A stretch of DNA of 64,000 nt from Eledone cirrhosa (Eukaryota), in assembly GCA_964016885.1 (NCBI GenBank), contig OZ024752.1, positions 49,042,001 through 49,106,000 of the forward strand, read 5' to 3'. Below the pieces are notes generated by a model. It did no database searches, was not told where the DNA came from, and worked only from the letters and a program-made list of their open reading frames with translations. Positions 42,921 to 58,750 of this stretch are shown here, piece after piece. The position numbers were made by a program, and so were the translations under genes. The number at the start of each line of letters is the position of its first letter. The stretch's first letter is position 1.

Positions 42921-44042
42921 CCCACCCTTGATCTGGTGGGTTAAGGTTAAGAATGAAATAACTAAAGGAAGAGAGGAATACACCAGCACTGGACTGGTAA
43001 TTTCTTCACTGACCACCAGAAGGATGAAAGGAAAAGTGGACGTCAGTAGTGGAATTTGAACTCAAAACACAAAGAACCAAAATAAATATTGCATTACATT
43101 CTTTCTGATACTCTAATGACTGTACCACACAACTGCCTTCATAGAATAAGTACAGATAGTAAATTAGGACAGGTTTTTAAGTTGTTCAGAAATACATGAA
43201 ATTCTTAATTATGACTCCCACTCAATGCCATATAATAGAAACTTCGAAGCTTCATTTAGCTGCTACTAATTGCTTTATTAATGAAGCTACATCAAATATC
43301 AAGGGAGTTAGATATTTATGCAGAGGCAGCCTTTTAGGTTTACTACACACTTATACCTTATTCAATATCATTTGTTATAACAAATTATAACAATATAGAA
43401 AGTTATTGATGTCTTAGGCAGTGTCTTTCATTAGAAATACAGTAACTAAAAGGTTAATAAACTATACTTGGTGTGAATATATTCATAATTCACACTATTC
43501 ACAAGATTATCTTTAGAATGCTATCTTTTTTAGCTGATCTCTACCAGTTGTTCAAACTAGTTAGCAATAAATTCAATCTTTCATTAATCATTACACCCAT
43601 TACATCTCAGTTCATCTGTGGAATAAATGGATTTCTCATATAATTCTGTCAGGATCATAAATTTGTGTAAACGATTTTTAAGGATAACAAGTTTGACTAA
43701 AACAAAAATTTGGTATCATTAAATTATTTTAACAAAACAACTTTAATCTTCCTTATTGCATAAATTTCATACAAGATTTAGTCTAAAATATCAGTTGTGG
43801 GTTTGGAGGAGAGATGGTGCCATTTCTGTACTGAGAAATTCCATCCTCTATTGATTGAAATGGAGAGCAAATATATACATCCAATGGCATTTATAACATT
43901 TTACCCTTTTCTTAACTAAAAATATAAATAAATATTAAAGACATATTCATTCATTCATTGAGAAAATTGATTTAAAATTTAGATTTTCTTTTATATTTCA
44001 AACTACCAATATTATTTTATTTCAAAAATTATTGAAGGAACT

Positions 44043-44138
<96 letters not shown>

Positions 44139-45019
44139 TAGATGTGGGTGGAGGGAATGAAGGAGAAGAAGAAAAAAAAATCTTTAATTAAAATTGCTCA
44201 CATACAATATACTGTTTTACATGGACTGAGGAATAAGACTAAACAAAACCTAAACTCTTAAAGTGTTTTATATGTAAATGAGAATTTTAGCAAATTTTTC
44301 AAATATTTTATTTTCATTCCTTTATTTAATGGCATAATTTTTGTAATGTTTATATCTTCTCTCATTTTGATAATGATTACCATTCAGCCTATTATTCTAT
44401 GATAATCAGAAATTACATCATATTCCAATATTTCGTTAAGATGTTGAATTAATAAAAACATAAACATACTTTATTTTATTGCTCACATCATTGTATTTAA
44501 ATTTGAATATTCATTTATTATCATTATTTTTTATTTTATATATTAGTGGAATACTTCCTTCCTTTTTTTTTCTTTTAATTATTTACATATTTCATAAGCA
44601 ATGCAACAACACCAACCAAGCTGAATCTTGGATAAAATGGATCAAATTTAATTTAACATTGGAGCTCATTAATTTTGTCTGAAAAATCCAAATTTGCATT
44701 TGATTCTGGAAGCAATTATGCATTGATTGTAGTTGGTATTGCAGTAACTGAGATATAATATTGTTATATAATCACCTGGGAAACAAAACTTCAGTCTATC
44801 TTATATTTCTTATTTTCAGGGTTTAAATTACTCTCAATTGTAAATAACAACTGATACAATAAATCATCATTATCATAATTTCATGTGTTCTCCATGTCTT
44901 TTCCATGTTCTCCATGTTTTTCATGTTTTTCGTGCTCGCATGTGTTGAACACGGTTCAAGACGAGATATAAATGGATAACCATATCTTGCCACATACATT
45001 CCAACAACCACGTTATGAA

Positions 45020-45790
45020 GTGTACTGGGTGTATTTTATTGTATCACCAGCACTACCACTTTACAGAATGCACTGGGTGTATTTTATAATGGCACCAGCA
45101 CTACCACTTTACAGAGTGCACTGGGTGTATTTTATTGTGACACCAGTACTACAACTTTACAGAGTGTACTGGGTGTATTTTATCATGGCACAAGCATTAC
45201 CACTTTACAGAGTGTACTGGGTGTATTTTATCATGGCACCAGCATTACCACTTTACAGAGTGTAATGGGTGTATTTTATCATGGCACTAGCACTACCACT
45301 TTACAGAATGTACAGGGTGTATTTTATCATGGCACCAGCACTACCACTTTACAGAGTGCACTGGGTGTAGTTTATCACGGCACCAGTACTACCACTTTAC
45401 AAAATGTACTGGGTGTATTTTGTGGCACCAGCACTACCACTTTACAGAATGTACTAGGTGTATTTTATCATAGCACCAGCACTACCACTTTACAGAATGT
45501 ACTAGGTGTATTTTATCATGGTACCAGTACTACCACTTTACAGAATGTACTGGGTGTATTTTATCACGGCACCAGTACTACCACTTTACAAAATGTACTG
45601 GATTGACATAAGATAATCACATCTTGCTTTTACATTCAAACAACCACTTTACAAGTGTATTGGGTACATGTTATTGTATCACCAACACTAACACTTTAAA
45701 GAGTGTACTGGGTGAAGTTTATCACGGCACCACCACTACCACTTTACAGAGTATAGTGGAAGCAATTTCTCATGGCACCAGCATTAGAGA
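45020..45790. repeat. 48-bp minisatellite, ~13-15 copies, SINE-derived
   Basis: Unit ACAGAGTGTACTGGGTGTATTTTATCATGGCACCAGCACTACCACTTT; resembles the reverse complement of SINE family 2 ~32142-32191. Confidence 0.85.
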
Positions 45791-48204
45791 GGTTGTCTGT
45801 CATGTTAGCAATGATAAATAAAGAATAATATAAATGATATATATAAAACAAACCATATGAATAAATAAATATGATGGAAGTCCACTGTAAAATAAACACA
45901 TAACATATGTAGATGGAATAAGAGTTTATAGTTTTTATTGTAAGTAGTTGTAATTTGGTAACTTGTATTGATTATAAATGGTTTGTACAGATTTAGTTTT
46001 CCAATACAGTAAATGATATCTGGAAATCTCATTAAACATATTAAACTGGAGAAAGGTTAAAATATGAAGTTAGCGTTTCATTGTGGCTCTATTTTAAGTT
46101 GAAACCAGTGAATATTTTATCTTTTATTTTAGTATCTAAAGCAGTGAAGCAAAGCAAAGAGTCTATTCCATCATTTATCTATTTTTCTTTGATAAACTTA
46201 TTAAACCAGAGAGCAAGAAGAAATCTTATTTTTTATTTGGCGATTTTAAAATTTCATTCAATTAAGTTTCTATTTATTTATCTTTATATATTCATTTACT
46301 GTATTTTTTGTTTTTGTGATGTTGTTTTTCAAAAGATGGTGATTGAATAAAATGAAACTCAGTTGTTTTTATTTTATTTTCAAATTAGTAATGAATTGCT
46401 TTTATGCAGAAATTTGATTAAAATAATAGCAAAATTTTATTATATATAACAGAGCTTTTGTTGAGTTCAAATTGTAATATAGTAAGATTTAGTTATGTAA
46501 ATTTACAATTTTCATATTCTTTTCAATAACATTAATTATATTTGCTATCTGGAAATTTATTTATGGCTGTTATAATGAACTATTAAGAAAGAAATATAAA
46601 ACAATACCACCTATAGATTGTGTATTTATGTAGGATATTGCAAAATATGAGAGAAATAAATCTGTATTCACATAGCAAATCAATGCTCCATTTCTCTAGG
46701 CATTCTTAAATCAGGTTCAAGGCTCTACATTTGTTTAATTATGTACCTTTATTTATCCTTCTCCCATTCCCTTCCATACCATTTATGTCTTTTCTCCTGC
46801 CATTTCCACCACCATTTTATATATTCTTCATTGCTACCTTCCTATTCTCACTTTTCTTCTGTCGCTCAAAATTTATTTTCTAGTCATAATGCTGTGACTA
46901 GATGTGAGGGCATTTGAGTATTGATAGACAAATCATCATCATCATCATCATCATCATTGTAACTCGCTTTCTATGTTGGCATTGGTCAGATGGGTTGTTA
47001 TGGTCCAAATAAGTCCTTATTTGGAGAGACTGATTGACCTCCTAAACGGGTCATGGACAATATTGCATTCATACATTCCATATTTTGCCGTAGTTACTAT
47101 GGCTAGATGTTCTTCCTAACACCAACCAGTTTACAGAGAGCACTGGGCACATTTCATCATGGCCCCCAGCATTAGAGAAGTTGCCATGTCTTCAACAACA
47201 CTAAAGAGTTCCCTCTATCATACATTGTCACGGTTTGTTATCAACCTCTTCACATAGTGAACTGGGTGTATCTTATCATTGTATCAGAACTAGAGAAGTC
47301 ATTATGTCTTCAACTAGAGTAAAGAGTCCTCTTTACTCTACATTGTTTCCATTCACTTACCATTTTCTTTACAGAGTGTACTAGGTGCATTTTAAAATGG
47401 CACCTGCACTAGAGAGGTTTCAGGCTTTCAACAGGACTAAAGAGTATTTTTTACTCTATGTTAACTTGATTCTTTCATCAAACATATCAGAAACTGTAAA
47501 AGTGAAACTTAAAACATCATTCTTTTGCAGTTTAAGTTTGTTCAGATTAGATTGTCTATTCTGGAACAGTAATGGTTTAATAACTGTCTTAGTAAAATAG
47601 AAAAGAAAAGGCACCGAGAACATTCTGCAAGGTATTAATGCACTCAATACACTCTGCAAAGTGGTGTGTATTCATTTGTATGAGGTTGGGAATGTGTGTT
47701 AAGAAAAGCATCCAGACATAGATGCTACGCCAAAAACAGAATTTATAAGCAAAATGGAATTTTCTGACCCATCAAGGCTTGCATCATGATAACCTGTCCA
47801 AACATGTCCAACCCATGCTAGGATGGAAATTAGATGAAAACTGAGGATGATGATATGTCTCTGTAAAATAGGGAGTTCTTATCATTCAGTTGTAATCTGA
47901 ATTTATACACTGTGTAACACACACTTTCATTGATGACCCCTACTATTCAAATCTGAACTTTGTCCTTTTACATATAGCCCAAATACGCAGAGATGCACAC
48001 TCATATACACACTGAGGCTCTGTAACACACCTTTTCAGTGATGACCCCCTACAATTTAAATCTGAACTTTGTCATTTTTATTTCATCCAGCCTGAATACA
48101 CATACATACATACACCGAGACACAGAGATGTGCACTCATATACACTGAAACTGGCATTGATCCACATTCACATACAGACAGACACACACACACACACACA
48201 CACA

Positions 48205-49225
48205 TACCACCAGCACAGATCCACACACACAAACACATCCACATATAACAGCACAGATCCACACACTAACACACACACATATACCAGCACAGATCCACAC
48301 ACAAACACACACACATATATCAGCACAGATCCACACACAAACACACACACATATACCAGCACAGATCCACACACAAACACACACACATATATCAGCACAG
48401 ATCCACACACAAACACACACACATATACCAGCACAGATCCACACACACACACACAAACACACACACATATACCAGCACAGATCCACACACACACACACAC
48501 ATCCACATATACCAGCACAGATCCACACACACATATACCAGCACAGATCCACACACACACACACATCCACATATACCAGCACAGATCCACACACAAACAC
48601 ACACACATATACAAGCACAGATCCACACACACACACACACACATATACCAGCACAGATCCACACACAAACACATCCACATATACCAGCACAGATCCACAC
48701 ACACACACATATACCAGCACAGATCCACACACACAAACACACACACACACACACACACACACCAGCACAGATCCACACACACACACATATACCAGCACAG
48801 ATCCACACACACAAACACACACACACACACACACACACACCAGCACAGATCCACACACACACACACACCAGCACAGATCCACACACACAAACACACACAC
48901 ATATACCAGCACAGATCCACACACACACACACACACACACACACAGCAGCACAGATCCACACACACACACACACACACACACCAGCACAGATCCACACAC
49001 ACACCAGCACAGATCCACACACACACCCCAGCACAGATCCACACACACACACACACACCCCAGCACAGATCCACACACACACACCAGCACAGATCCACAC
49101 ACACACCCCAGCACAGATCCACACACACACCCCAGCACAGATCCACACACACACACACACACCCCAGCACAGATCCACACACACACACCAGCACAGATCC
49201 ACACACACACCAGCACACACACACA
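48205..49225. repeat. (CA)n array punctuated by the fixed motif CAGCACAGATCCA
   Basis: ~30 motif copies separated by variable (CA)n spacers. Confidence 0.9.
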
Positions 49226-49315
49226 CATCCACTCACAGATTTCTCATCATTTTCCCTTCATATTTTCTATCACGTACTAACTTTTAAAAATGTGTCTTTT
49301 ACTATATACATATAG

Positions 49316-49470
49316 GAAAAAGATGGGCAGAGGTGGTGAGAGCTGGCCTCAGATCCCTGAAGCTCGTGGAGGAGAGGACAAGGGACCGTAACCGATGGGG
49401 AGATGCTGTGCTGAAGAAGACCCATCCCACCCTTGCAAGCAGGGAAAGGTGGACATAAAATGATGATGAT
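49316..49470 (+). mobile_element. RTE LINE 3' fragment
   Basis: Homologous to ~42503-42659. Confidence 0.78.
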
Positions 49471-49513
49471 ATTAATGTGTATCTGTGTATATATGTGTAT
49501 GTGAAATTTAGCG

Positions 49514-49548
<35 letters not shown>

Positions 49549-49795
49549 ATATCCAAAATTAAGATAATCAAAATTATGGGTGTCATGCCAGAAAGACATG
49601 CGCCATATCACCCGCAAAATAAGCTCTAAGATTCTAACGAGTAGGTCCGAGCATTTTATAATAACTAGAAATTGATTAACATATAAATAAACATGAATAA
49701 TCACAGGAGATAATGTTTACAAGTGTGTAAGCACACATAGCTAGGTAGGTAACTAAATAAAGTTAACCAGAACTTCAAAAATAGATATTTCTAGT

Positions 49796-49866
<71 letters not shown>

Positions 49867-50027
49867 GAGAGAGAGAGACAAACACACACATTTTGATACC
49901 CTACCATCTAAATATGCCCTGGTTCTATGACACAAAGCTGCTAATTTTAAAATTTCATGTACATTCACACACAAACACACATTATATATATATATATATA
50001 TATAATATATATATAATATATATATAA

Positions 50028-50215
50028 GGGCGGTGAATTGGCAGTATCGGTAGAGGGTTGGACGCCATGCTTTCTAGCATAGTTACGTCCCTTTACAGTC
50101 TGAGTTCAAATCCCGCCGAGGTTAACTTTGCCTTTCATCCTTACGGGGGTCGATATAAATAAAGTACCAGTAATACACTCGAATAATTGCTGGCCTTGTG
50201 CTAAAAAGTAGAAAA
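50028..50215 (+). mobile_element. SINE family 1, full length
   Basis: GGGCGGTGAATTGGCAG...GAGTTCAAATCCCGCCGAGGTTAACTTTGCCTTTCATCC...AGTAGAAA. Confidence 0.85.
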
Positions 50216-50240
50216 TTATATATATATATATATATATAAT

Positions 50241-50440
50241 ATATAAGATCAAAAGATGGTTAAAAGAGTTCCATGTATTTTAGTATGCGCATAATAAAAT
50301 ATAATAATAAAATACATGGAACTCTTTTAATCATCTTTTGATCTTATATATTATGTATACTCCAGTCCTACAAACTGTAGAGTGCTTCTTATCCGATATC
50401 TGCATTGCTTTATTGTACTACAATAAAACTCACCTCTTAC
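50241..50440 (+). mobile_element. Family D short element, fold-back centred on TATGCGCATA (HHR stem III); abuts the PLE 3' end
   Basis: AAGATCAAAAGATGGTTAAAAGAGTTCCATGTATTTT / AAAATACATGGAACTCTTTTAATCATCTTTTGATCTT arms; GTAGAGTGCT box; homologous to 35800-35947. Confidence 0.75.
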
Positions 50441-50557
50441 ATATATATATATATATGTGAAGTAATTCCATCGGAAAAGTCCAGGAAAAAAGAGTGCTCT
50501 ATGTAAGCAACAGAGCTTAATTATTATTATTATGTAATAAACAACATAAGGCAATTA

Positions 50558-50617
50558 TTCCATTTACCAGTGGTTTCTTAAAAGCAAAAGGTTTTGCTTT
50601 CAATCCTCAGAATGAAA
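50558..50617 (-). ncRNA. Type I hammerhead ribozyme near the PLE 3' end (sense to ORF)
   Basis: Minus strand reads TTTCATT CTGAGGA TTGAAAGCAAAA-CC-TTTTGCTTTTAA GAAA CCACTGG TA AATGGAA: intact core, long stem II, short stem III, GUA cleavage triplet, stem I closes. Confidence 0.85.
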
Positions 50618-50826
50618 AATCCTGGTTTGTTTATTGAATATGGATTCTAAAAACGAAAATGCAATCTATATGAAAGTGAGGCTGGAAAAGGGAGAAGGAA
50701 AGGAAAAATAAAATAAAATAAAACTACACATGCCAACACACACAAAAAAACCCAAAAGCATACTTACACACACACACATATATACACATATAATTTGCAC
50801 GCATACACATATACACATACACATAC

Positions 50827-50867
<41 letters not shown>

Positions 50868-50982
50868 TATATACATACACATACATACACATATATATAT
50901 ATATAAAAAGAGCGTACACCTACACACACATACACATATATATACACACATATACACATACATATATTCATACATACACACG

Positions 50983-51016
<34 letters not shown>

Positions 51017-51041
51017 TACATATACATACACATGTACATAT

Positions 51042-51098
<57 letters not shown>

Positions 51099-51129
51099 TA
51101 CACATACATATACACACATATACACATAT

Positions 51130-51167
<38 letters not shown>

Positions 51168-51565
51168 GTGTGTACAAGCCTACACATACACACACACATA
51201 TATATACACACACATATACATACGTTCACACAAACATACAACGTACATACATACACATACATGAATGCACTCCACTACATATTAACACACGCAAATAAAT
51301 ATAAGAAAAAAATATATATAAATAATATTAACAAATATTTGACAGCGATACATGCCCCAGCTAACAGGACAGACACGCGTGGTAAGTAATACACACATAA
51401 GCGCATATACATACGTTCGAAATAGTAAACACATACACACACTCTCACACATAAATATACATATACAAATACATAAACACGTACATACACATACATACGC
51501 AAACACGTACACGTATACAATATAAACACACACATGTATATGTAATTATATACACACACACACAC

Positions 51566-51616
<51 letters not shown>

Positions 51617-52075
51617 CAAAAATATAAAAATATAAACGCATACACACATATAAATACGTAAACACACATATACATACATAGCTAAACAATTATACACATG
51701 CAAATACGTATATATCAAAAGAACGCACAACCAAATACAAACACACACACATATATACACACACACACACCCACACACAAACCCACACATACATAAAAAT
51801 AAATAAAAACACACGCAACATATACATACATACACGTACATATACATACATACACATATACATATACATATATATATATACACACATATATATACACAAA
51901 TACATATACATATATCTACATATACACACGTACACGTACACATACACACATGCATACACATACACACACACATATACATGTGTGTATGTGTAAAGCTCAG
52001 TATTAGATAAGACAAATGAACCTTACATAAACGTATATATAGTAGTAAAGTAATAAAGCCATACAAGGCAATTAA

Positions 52076-52133
52076 TCCATTCACCAGAGGTTTCTTAAAA
52101 GCAAAAAAAGTTTCCTTCAATCTTCAGAATGAA
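52076..52133 (-). ncRNA. Second, diverged hammerhead motif in PLE 3' UTR (GUG at cleavage site, probably inactive)
   Basis: TTCATT CTGAAGA TTGAAGGAAACTTTTTTTGCTTTTAA GAAA CCTCTGG TG AATGGA; paralog of 50558-50617. Confidence 0.7.
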
Positions 52134-52200
52134 ATATACAAATATATACACACATACAGACACGCACACACACATATACATATATACATATATATATATA

Positions 52201-52238
<38 letters not shown>

Positions 52239-52496
52239 CATACATACACACATACACACACATATACACACATACATACACATATATATACATACACAAA
52301 CATATACGTACACATATACATATATACACACAAAAATACATACACATACACATAGGTATGTGAAGGGCAAAACAAAAAGAATATATGGGGTGGGGGGCCT
52401 AGAGGAGGTAAAAAATATATTTTTTAAATACAAGAGTACAGAAGGTAGAAGCAGCAAAATAAAAGCCGTAGCAAAAGTAAAGAGCAGAGAAGGAGT

Positions 52497-54629
52497 TCAA
52501 GGCGGTTGATTATTCGTAGGAGTGTCAATCCAGTTACAGATCAGATGCGATTTCAGATGAGGACAGCATCTGAAGATCTCAGTCTTAGAGTTAAGGCAAG
52601 CGGAAGTGTCTCTCAAGTTTAGCAAAATCCTATACTTTTCTGTGGTACACAAAGAACAATTCTTTGTGCCCCTTTGGTACTCCCTCGAATAGTCTAATAT
52701 AGACCAATCAATAGAGTACGGGATATTACTATCCTTGAGATCCCATACCTTACTTGCGAGGGCCGTTGATGTTCGTTTATCTGAGTGTTTAAAAGAAGCG
52801 ACATGTGAGTAAAATCTGGTTTTAAACCTGTCCTGGGTCATACCGACATATCGCTCGCTTCTGGCTGGCTGGTTGTTGATAACTGGCGTTATTTTAGCCT
52901 CATAAACGACAGATTTTGTTTTACATTTACCCTGCAATGGGCATTCATCCGGCTTCCTGCAACTGCATCCTGGATTTATCCTCGTACGGTTTGAACTGGT
53001 GATTTTGGATTTCATGGATGGACAACAAGAGTAGCTGATCTTAACTACATTCCTATTAAAAATCTTATAATATCTATGAATAGGAGGAAAATGTTTGTCT
53101 AATAGTTCAAGGAATTTCCTTCCTACATTAGTTTTGACATTTAGAGAGAAGGGGGGTGTGAACCAAATAATCTTCCTTTTCCTGTTATTATGGTTAGTTT
53201 TAGGGGGGGGAATAGGTAAATAAGAAATATTTTCTGTAAAACCGCTGTTCTTAAGGGCTTTATTATAATAAGGGGCGGCTTTATTAAAAATGTCTATAGA
53301 CGAAGATAAAGTAGAAATCCTACGGCTAATGTTAGGAATAAGATTTTTAAAAACTATAGGGGGATGGCAAGACTCTTTGTGTATATACCTAAGATTTTCA
53401 TTAGGTTTATGATAGGGTTTAAAAGAGGCAGTAAGTAGATCAAGATTAATATCAAGAAAGTTAGCATTAGTAAGGTTCGTATCTATAGTAATTTTAAGGT
53501 TAAGATTAGCAAAGGTACTAATTAAATCTTTACGGAATTTATCAAGATTATGGCCATTGGTGGTATGAGAAACTGCTAATCCGTCATCACGGTATAAACC
53601 GATATTATGGGACGGAAATTTCTCTTTGAGTGTGTGGAGAAGGAATAATCCTACTAAGTCGCACACATCCGCACTGTCATAAGAACCCATTGCAACATCG
53701 AAAGAGTTTTCAGGGTTTGACTTTTTAACCCAAATCTTATCATTAGTAAAAAGTAAAGTTTTTCTAGCATGAAAGATAATGTCCTCTTCTAATTTGGAGA
53801 TATTAATGAAGGGTCTTGCAAAATCTAAGGCTTTAGTTAATAAGGAAACGGCAATAGAAGGGTAAAAATCGACAATATCAAATTGCGTAAATCTACACTT
53901 ATTTTTACCTTGTATATTATTGAACCAAGAAATAACAGAGGAAGTATTTAGCCACTGTGAAAGGACAGTGTTAGTTCTAATTTGGATAATTATTTTTCTT
54001 AAGATTTTCTTACTAGCAAGGCCAACCTCGGATTTAGCCGGGTTAATCAGTCTACAACTAGGTCGATTAGTAAAGTCCAATTTATGGTCTTTAAGGGTAA
54101 TATATGCTTTACGCTTAGCTAAGCTTTCAATCCGGTTATCTATTTGTAAAGAACTAGCTAGTTCTTTAGCTTCTTTATTGATAGTATTGTAGCTATTATT
54201 ATTAGTTAATTGATATTTATTGGTAATACTATTAGTTAAAAGTTGGTTATACAAATTACTATTAACTTCAAAGAGGTTTTTGGTTTTATCAGAAAGAACA
54301 AAAGTGTTTGTAGAATTTCTAAAATTAGAGATATCGTGAGAAAGTTTAGTTTGAAAATTATTATTGTACTTACGAAATTTGATATCACTAATTAGATTAA
54401 CGAGGTCTAATTCGAAGTTGGCCATGTCTTTAATTCTAGGTGGATATTTACGGGATTTAATGTCAAAATTATCTTTAGTATCAGCACTGAATAGTCCATC
54501 GTAAACCATTGCCTTCCATCTCATTCTTTTAACGACTTGCTCGATTTTATCAATGAGGATTTTGGTGTATGTTGTGTTGGAAGGGGTGGGTATGTTTTTG
54601 ATAGAATAATCCAAATCATAAAGGTCCAT
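52497..54629 (-). CDS. Penelope-like element ORF: reverse transcriptase + C-terminal GIY-YIG endonuclease (Naiad-type), 710 aa, intact
   Basis: Uninterrupted 710-aa ORF with SDKT (DKG-box equivalent), PSCRLINP, QFDIVDFYPSI, VAMGS and YRDDGL RT motifs; linker CSCRKPDECPLQGKC; GIY-YIG-like VVY...YVGMT..RFKTRFYSH; then CSLCTTEK and LNSKTE...CCPH, typical of PLE endonucleases. Confidence 0.95.
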   Translation of the reverse strand: MDLYDLDYSIKNIPTPSNTTYTKILIDKIEQVVKRMRWKAMVYDGLFSADTKDNFDIKSRKYPPRIKDMANFELDLVNLISDIKFRKYNNNFQTKLSHDISNFRNSTNTFVLSDKTKNLFEVNSNLYNQLLTNSITNKYQLTNNNSYNTINKEAKELASSLQIDNRIESLAKRKAYITLKDHKLDFTNRPSCRLINPAKSEVGLASKKILRKIIIQIRTNTVLSQWLNTSSVISWFNNIQGKNKCRFTQFDIVDFYPSIAVSLLTKALDFARPFINISKLEEDIIFHARKTLLFTNDKIWVKKSNPENSFDVAMGSYDSADVCDLVGLFLLHTLKEKFPSHNIGLYRDDGLAVSHTTNGHNLDKFRKDLISTFANLNLKITIDTNLTNANFLDINLDLLTASFKPYHKPNENLRYIHKESCHPPIVFKNLIPNISRRISTLSSSIDIFNKAAPYYNKALKNSGFTENISYLPIPPPKTNHNNRKRKIIWFTPPFSLNVKTNVGRKFLELLDKHFPPIHRYYKIFNRNVVKISYSCCPSMKSKITSSNRTRINPGCSCRKPDECPLQGKCKTKSVVYEAKITPVINNQPARSERYVGMTQDRFKTRFYSHVASFKHSDKRTSTALASKVWDLKDSNIPYSIDWSILDYSREYQRGTKNCSLCTTEKYRILLNLRDTSACLNSKTEIFRCCPHLKSHLICNWIDTPTNNQPP

Positions 54630-54848
54630 GGTGTATGTTGGTTAAATTCCTGAAAACTGTAGAGTGCTCAACTAATCGGGCTGGAAAGTGCCAATCGTAT
54701 ATGTAATATCGAATATGCTGCGATCAATCCCGGTTGGAGCTGTATAAATGAAGTAATTCCATCGGAAAAGTCCAGGAAAAAAGAGTGCTCTATGTAAGCA
54801 ACAGAGCTTAATTATTATTATTATGTAATAAACAACATAAGGCAATTA

Positions 54849-54908
54849 TTCCATTTACCAGTGGTTTCTTAAAAGCAAAAGGTTTTGCTTTCAATCCTCA
54901 GAATGAAA
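54849..54908 (-). ncRNA. Same hammerhead ribozyme in the upstream tandem copy, ~220 nt before the ORF ATG
   Basis: Repeat of 50558-50617 at +4291. Confidence 0.85.
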
Positions 54909-55117
54909 AATCCTGGTTTGTTTATTGAATATGGATTCTAAAAACGAAAATGCAATCTATATGAAAGTGAGGCTGGAAAAGGGAGAAGGAAAGGAAAAAT
55001 AAAATAAAATAAAACTACACATGCCAACACACACAAAAAAACCCAAAAGCATACTTACACACACACACATATATACACATATAATTTGCACGCATACACA
55101 TATACACATACACATAC

Positions 55118-55158
<41 letters not shown>

Positions 55159-55273
55159 TATATACATACACATACATACACATATATATATATATAAAAA
55201 GAGCGTACACCTACACACACATACACATATATATACACACATATACACATACATATATTCATACATACACACG

Positions 55274-55307
<34 letters not shown>

Positions 55308-55332
55308 TACATATACATACACATGTACATAT

Positions 55333-55389
<57 letters not shown>

Positions 55390-55420
55390 TACACATACAT
55401 ATACACACATATACACATAT

Positions 55421-55458
<38 letters not shown>

Positions 55459-55856
55459 GTGTGTACAAGCCTACACATACACACACACATATATATACAC
55501 ACACATATACATACGTTCACACAAACATACAACGTACATACATACACATACATGAATGCACTCCACTACATATTAACACACGCAAATAAATATAAGAAAA
55601 AAATATATATAAATAATATTAACAAATATTTGACAGCGATACATGCCCCAGCTAACAGGACAGACACGCGTGGTAAGTAATACACACATAAGCGCATATA
55701 CATACGTTCGAAATAGTAAACACATACACACACTCTCACACATAAATATACATATACAAATACATAAACACGTACATACACATACATACGCAAACACGTA
55801 CACGTATACAATATAAACACACACATGTATATGTAATTATATACACACACACACAC

Positions 55857-55907
<51 letters not shown>

Positions 55908-56366
55908 CAAAAATATAAAAATATAAACGCATACACACATATAAATACGTAAACACACATATACATACATAGCTAAACAATTATACACATGCAAATACGT
56001 ATATATCAAAAGAACGCACAACCAAATACAAACACACACACATATATACACACACACACACCCACACACAAACCCACACATACATAAAAATAAATAAAAA
56101 CACACGCAACATATACATACATACACGTACATATACATACATACACATATACATATACATATATATATATACACACATATATATACACAAATACATATAC
56201 ATATATCTACATATACACACGTACACGTACACATACACACATGCATACACATACACACACACATATACATGTGTGTATGTGTAAAGCTCAGTATTAGATA
56301 AGACAAATGAACCTTACATAAACGTATATATAGTAGTAAAGTAATAAAGCCATACAAGGCAATTAA

Positions 56367-56424
56367 TCCATTCACCAGAGGTTTCTTAAAAGCAAAAAAA
56401 GTTTCCTTCAATCTTCAGAATGAA
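56367..56424 (-). ncRNA. Second hammerhead motif, tandem-copy duplicate
   Basis: Repeat of 52076-52133 at +4291. Confidence 0.7.
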
Positions 56425-56491
56425 ATATACAAATATATACACACATACAGACACGCACACACACATATACATATATACATATATATATATA

Positions 56492-56529
<38 letters not shown>

Positions 56530-56787
56530 CATACATACACACATACACACACATATACACACATACATACACATATATATACATACACAAACATATACGT
56601 ACACATATACATATATACACACAAAAATACATACACATACACATAGGTATGTGAAGGGCAAAACAAAAAGAATATATGGGGTGGGGGGCCTAGAGGAGGT
56701 AAAAAATATATTTTTTAAATACAAGAGTACAGAAGGTAGAAGCAGCAAAATAAAAGCCGTAGCAAAAGTAAAGAGCAGAGAAGGAGT

Positions 56788-58639
<1,852 letters not shown>

Positions 58640-58704
58640 ATAATAATAAATTTGAAGACTAAAATCCAAAGAGGGCTTTGCTTAAACTTTAATCTGTTAT
58701 TTTA

Positions 58705-58750
<46 letters not shown>

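Noticed and set aside
48205-49225. Repeat-spacer array resembling CRISPR; 385-aa His/Thr-rich ORF
   Set aside because: Spacers are only (CA)n; eukaryotic context with no cas genes.
52095-52499. Selenocysteine/read-through of the PLE TGA stop (some Naiad PLEs encode selenoproteins; the downstream frame stays open to 52095)
   Set aside because: The TGA lies after the final conserved CCPH motif, the extension is mostly microsatellite, there is no internal TGA, and no SECIS was recognisable by eye. A SECISearch run would settle it.
53920-54192. Plus-strand 90-aa ORF
   Set aside because: Antisense shadow of the PLE RT ORF.
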